DNA of 64,000 nucleotides from Mobula hypostoma (taxonomy: Eukaryota). Under the pieces are notes generated by a model. It saw only the letters and a list, made by a program, of their open reading frames with translations. It searched no databases and was not told where the DNA came from. The translations under genes were made by a program, and so were the position numbers. The DNA lies in NCBI RefSeq assembly GCF_963921235.1, contig NC_086097.1, positions 132,682,001-132,746,000 on the forward strand, read 5' to 3'. Positions 62,126 through 64,000 of the stretch are shown one piece after another (position 1 is the stretch's first letter; the number at the start of each line of letters is the position of its first letter).

Positions 62126-64000
62126 TGGACAGTATCCCACTTACCCTTGGCACAGGTGGTTTTCTGGGTTACCTTTGAACACATTACGGGATTGTAGTCA
62201 CCAGTACCAGTGTAAAGACAGCAAGAAGCATTTTAATGAATGAAGTATGTTTTCATTACAACCCAAGCCAAGGGAACAAAAGTGTTTGAGTTCCTATGTG
62301 CTTCGTAAAGACAGCATAACCACCCCTGATTATTATAAGTTATTGGCCGAGGACAGTGTATCCAACAACAGGTTCAAAACAATGGGGAAACCCATCCACC
62401 ACTAAGACTGGTGCTAAGAAGGTGATGGTGTGAAATCGAACCTGGGCTTTCAGAGAAACGGATGTCTTACACAATGGGTCAATTGGGAATGAGATGCAAT
62501 GGAGCAAATCACCACCAGCCTGGTTCATCTGCAGTCAGCTGTTCCTTTCTAGTTATTACACAATAACAACCTTTTTATTAAACACATAATAATTATTTAT
62601 GGCAATGTTATTACAGTATCATTAAACAACTGTTCTTTTTTCTACAGTTAATAGTTCCTAAAGTTGAGATATTATAGCTTTGTTAAGCATTAAGTGTTGG
62701 TTTTATGAGGTGCACTAAAATTGAAGTGTTGCTGGAGTGTGGGAGATTTCTGTTCAAATATTCTAATTCTTTGCTTTAATCTTTTTTCAATAGTCTGTGC
62801 AGTTTTGCAAAATAGTAACTGGCAGTTACCCTGGGCATAATCTTTAATGGGTTTTGTAATATTAAGGGTTTGAATTACTTCCTAAGCAATGATTAACAGA
62901 TGGGTTTGCTGTAATATTTTGTTTCCAATACTAATGAGAGGCAAATTCACTATAGTCAGTGTCATTTAGTTATTCAGACATACGGTGGGTGTTGTCTATG
63001 TAATCCATTTTTTTTTCTCTCTGTCTTGACATGGATTTTTCAGTGCACAAGTATGTGCAACTAGACTTAAAGCCAGAATATAAATATGGATATTCAGCAG
63101 GAAACAGTTATTCTACAAATTTATTTGTATATGGGCATATGTGAATATTTGGCTATTTATTCTGTAATTAGAAAAAGAGATTGAGAAGCTGTGTTGTATT
63201 TGCATGGGAGGTCATAAATATTGATCAGTAACTTCACATCATCCTGAAAGTTTCATTCTCTGCAGCGTAGGGAAAAAATTTTAATTTGGAGAACTATAGA
63301 GTAGCGGTTAGTGCAATCCTATTACAGGTTGGGGCATCGGAGTTTGCAGTTTAATTTCGGCATCCTCTTTAAGGAGCTTGAAACCCTGTGAACACATGTG
63401 TTTCCTCTGATTGCTCCTGGTTCCACCCACTGTCCAAAGACATACTGGTTAGTAGGTTAATTGGTCACTGTAAATTGTTCTGTGATTAGGCTAGTTAAAT
63501 AAGTGGGTTGCCAGGTGGTGCTGGAAAGGCCTGTTCCGTGCTGTGTCCCCAAATAAAAATTTGAGGAGTAATGATTGCCATGAAGATTAGGAAGACTGAG
63601 AAAGGAATGGGAAGCTTAGGGAATTAAGATCCTTTTCTGAGGTAAAGTGCCAAAGCAAGTCATGGGCTGTTTATGATACTTAATTTCAACCCAGGCAAAT
63701 CAGCAGATAGAACAAAGAGCATTGAGGGTAAAGTGAAGCATGAAATTGATGTGAGAACATAGAACAGTACAGGCCCTTCAGCCCATGATGTTGTACTATC
63801 CTTTTAACTTACTCCAAGATCAATTTCGTTTGAAAATGCAGTTGCTTGCTTCTATTATGGGCATGATTTGTCTATTTTTCTCTCTCTCTGTGCATTGGGT
63901 CTTTTTTTTGAACTGGGTTCTTTTGGGCTTTTTGCTTTGTGGCTGCTGTAAGCAGACAAATCTCAAGGTTGCATAATTTATACATACTTTGAATATTGAA

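Overview
Eukaryotic, repeat-dense, apparently intergenic or intronic DNA. The repeat repertoire points to a vertebrate, most likely a cartilaginous fish (inference): CR1 LINEs with (TTTCTATG)n tails, Rex1/Babar LINEs, V-SINE and DeuSINE-like SINEs, Penelope-like GIY-YIG fragments, RTE and R4/Dong fragments, Tc1 and hAT MITEs. I recognise no host protein-coding gene, rRNA, true tRNA gene or CRISPR. Every long ORF is transposon-derived or is the antisense/alternate-frame shadow of one. The main structure is a complete but inactivated Ty3/Gypsy LTR retrotransposon (12525-16903) with an ATCC TSD, a tRNA-Trp PBS and a clear -1 frameshift cassette. There are also two Tc1 DD34E copies, two young near-identical CR1 copies and several multi-level nested insertions. 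The least expected items are: a composite unit bounded by two oppositely oriented mini-MITEs carrying cargo (36299-36830); a GC-rich chimeric RTE-tailed insertion (26182-26726); minimal hammerhead-ribozyme motifs in Penelope-associated termini; and a few unexplained non-TE duplications, inverted repeats and splice-like signals. I do not see convincing evidence of a new multi-gene system. Family names come from motif recognition, not database searches. Boundaries of old elements are approximate.
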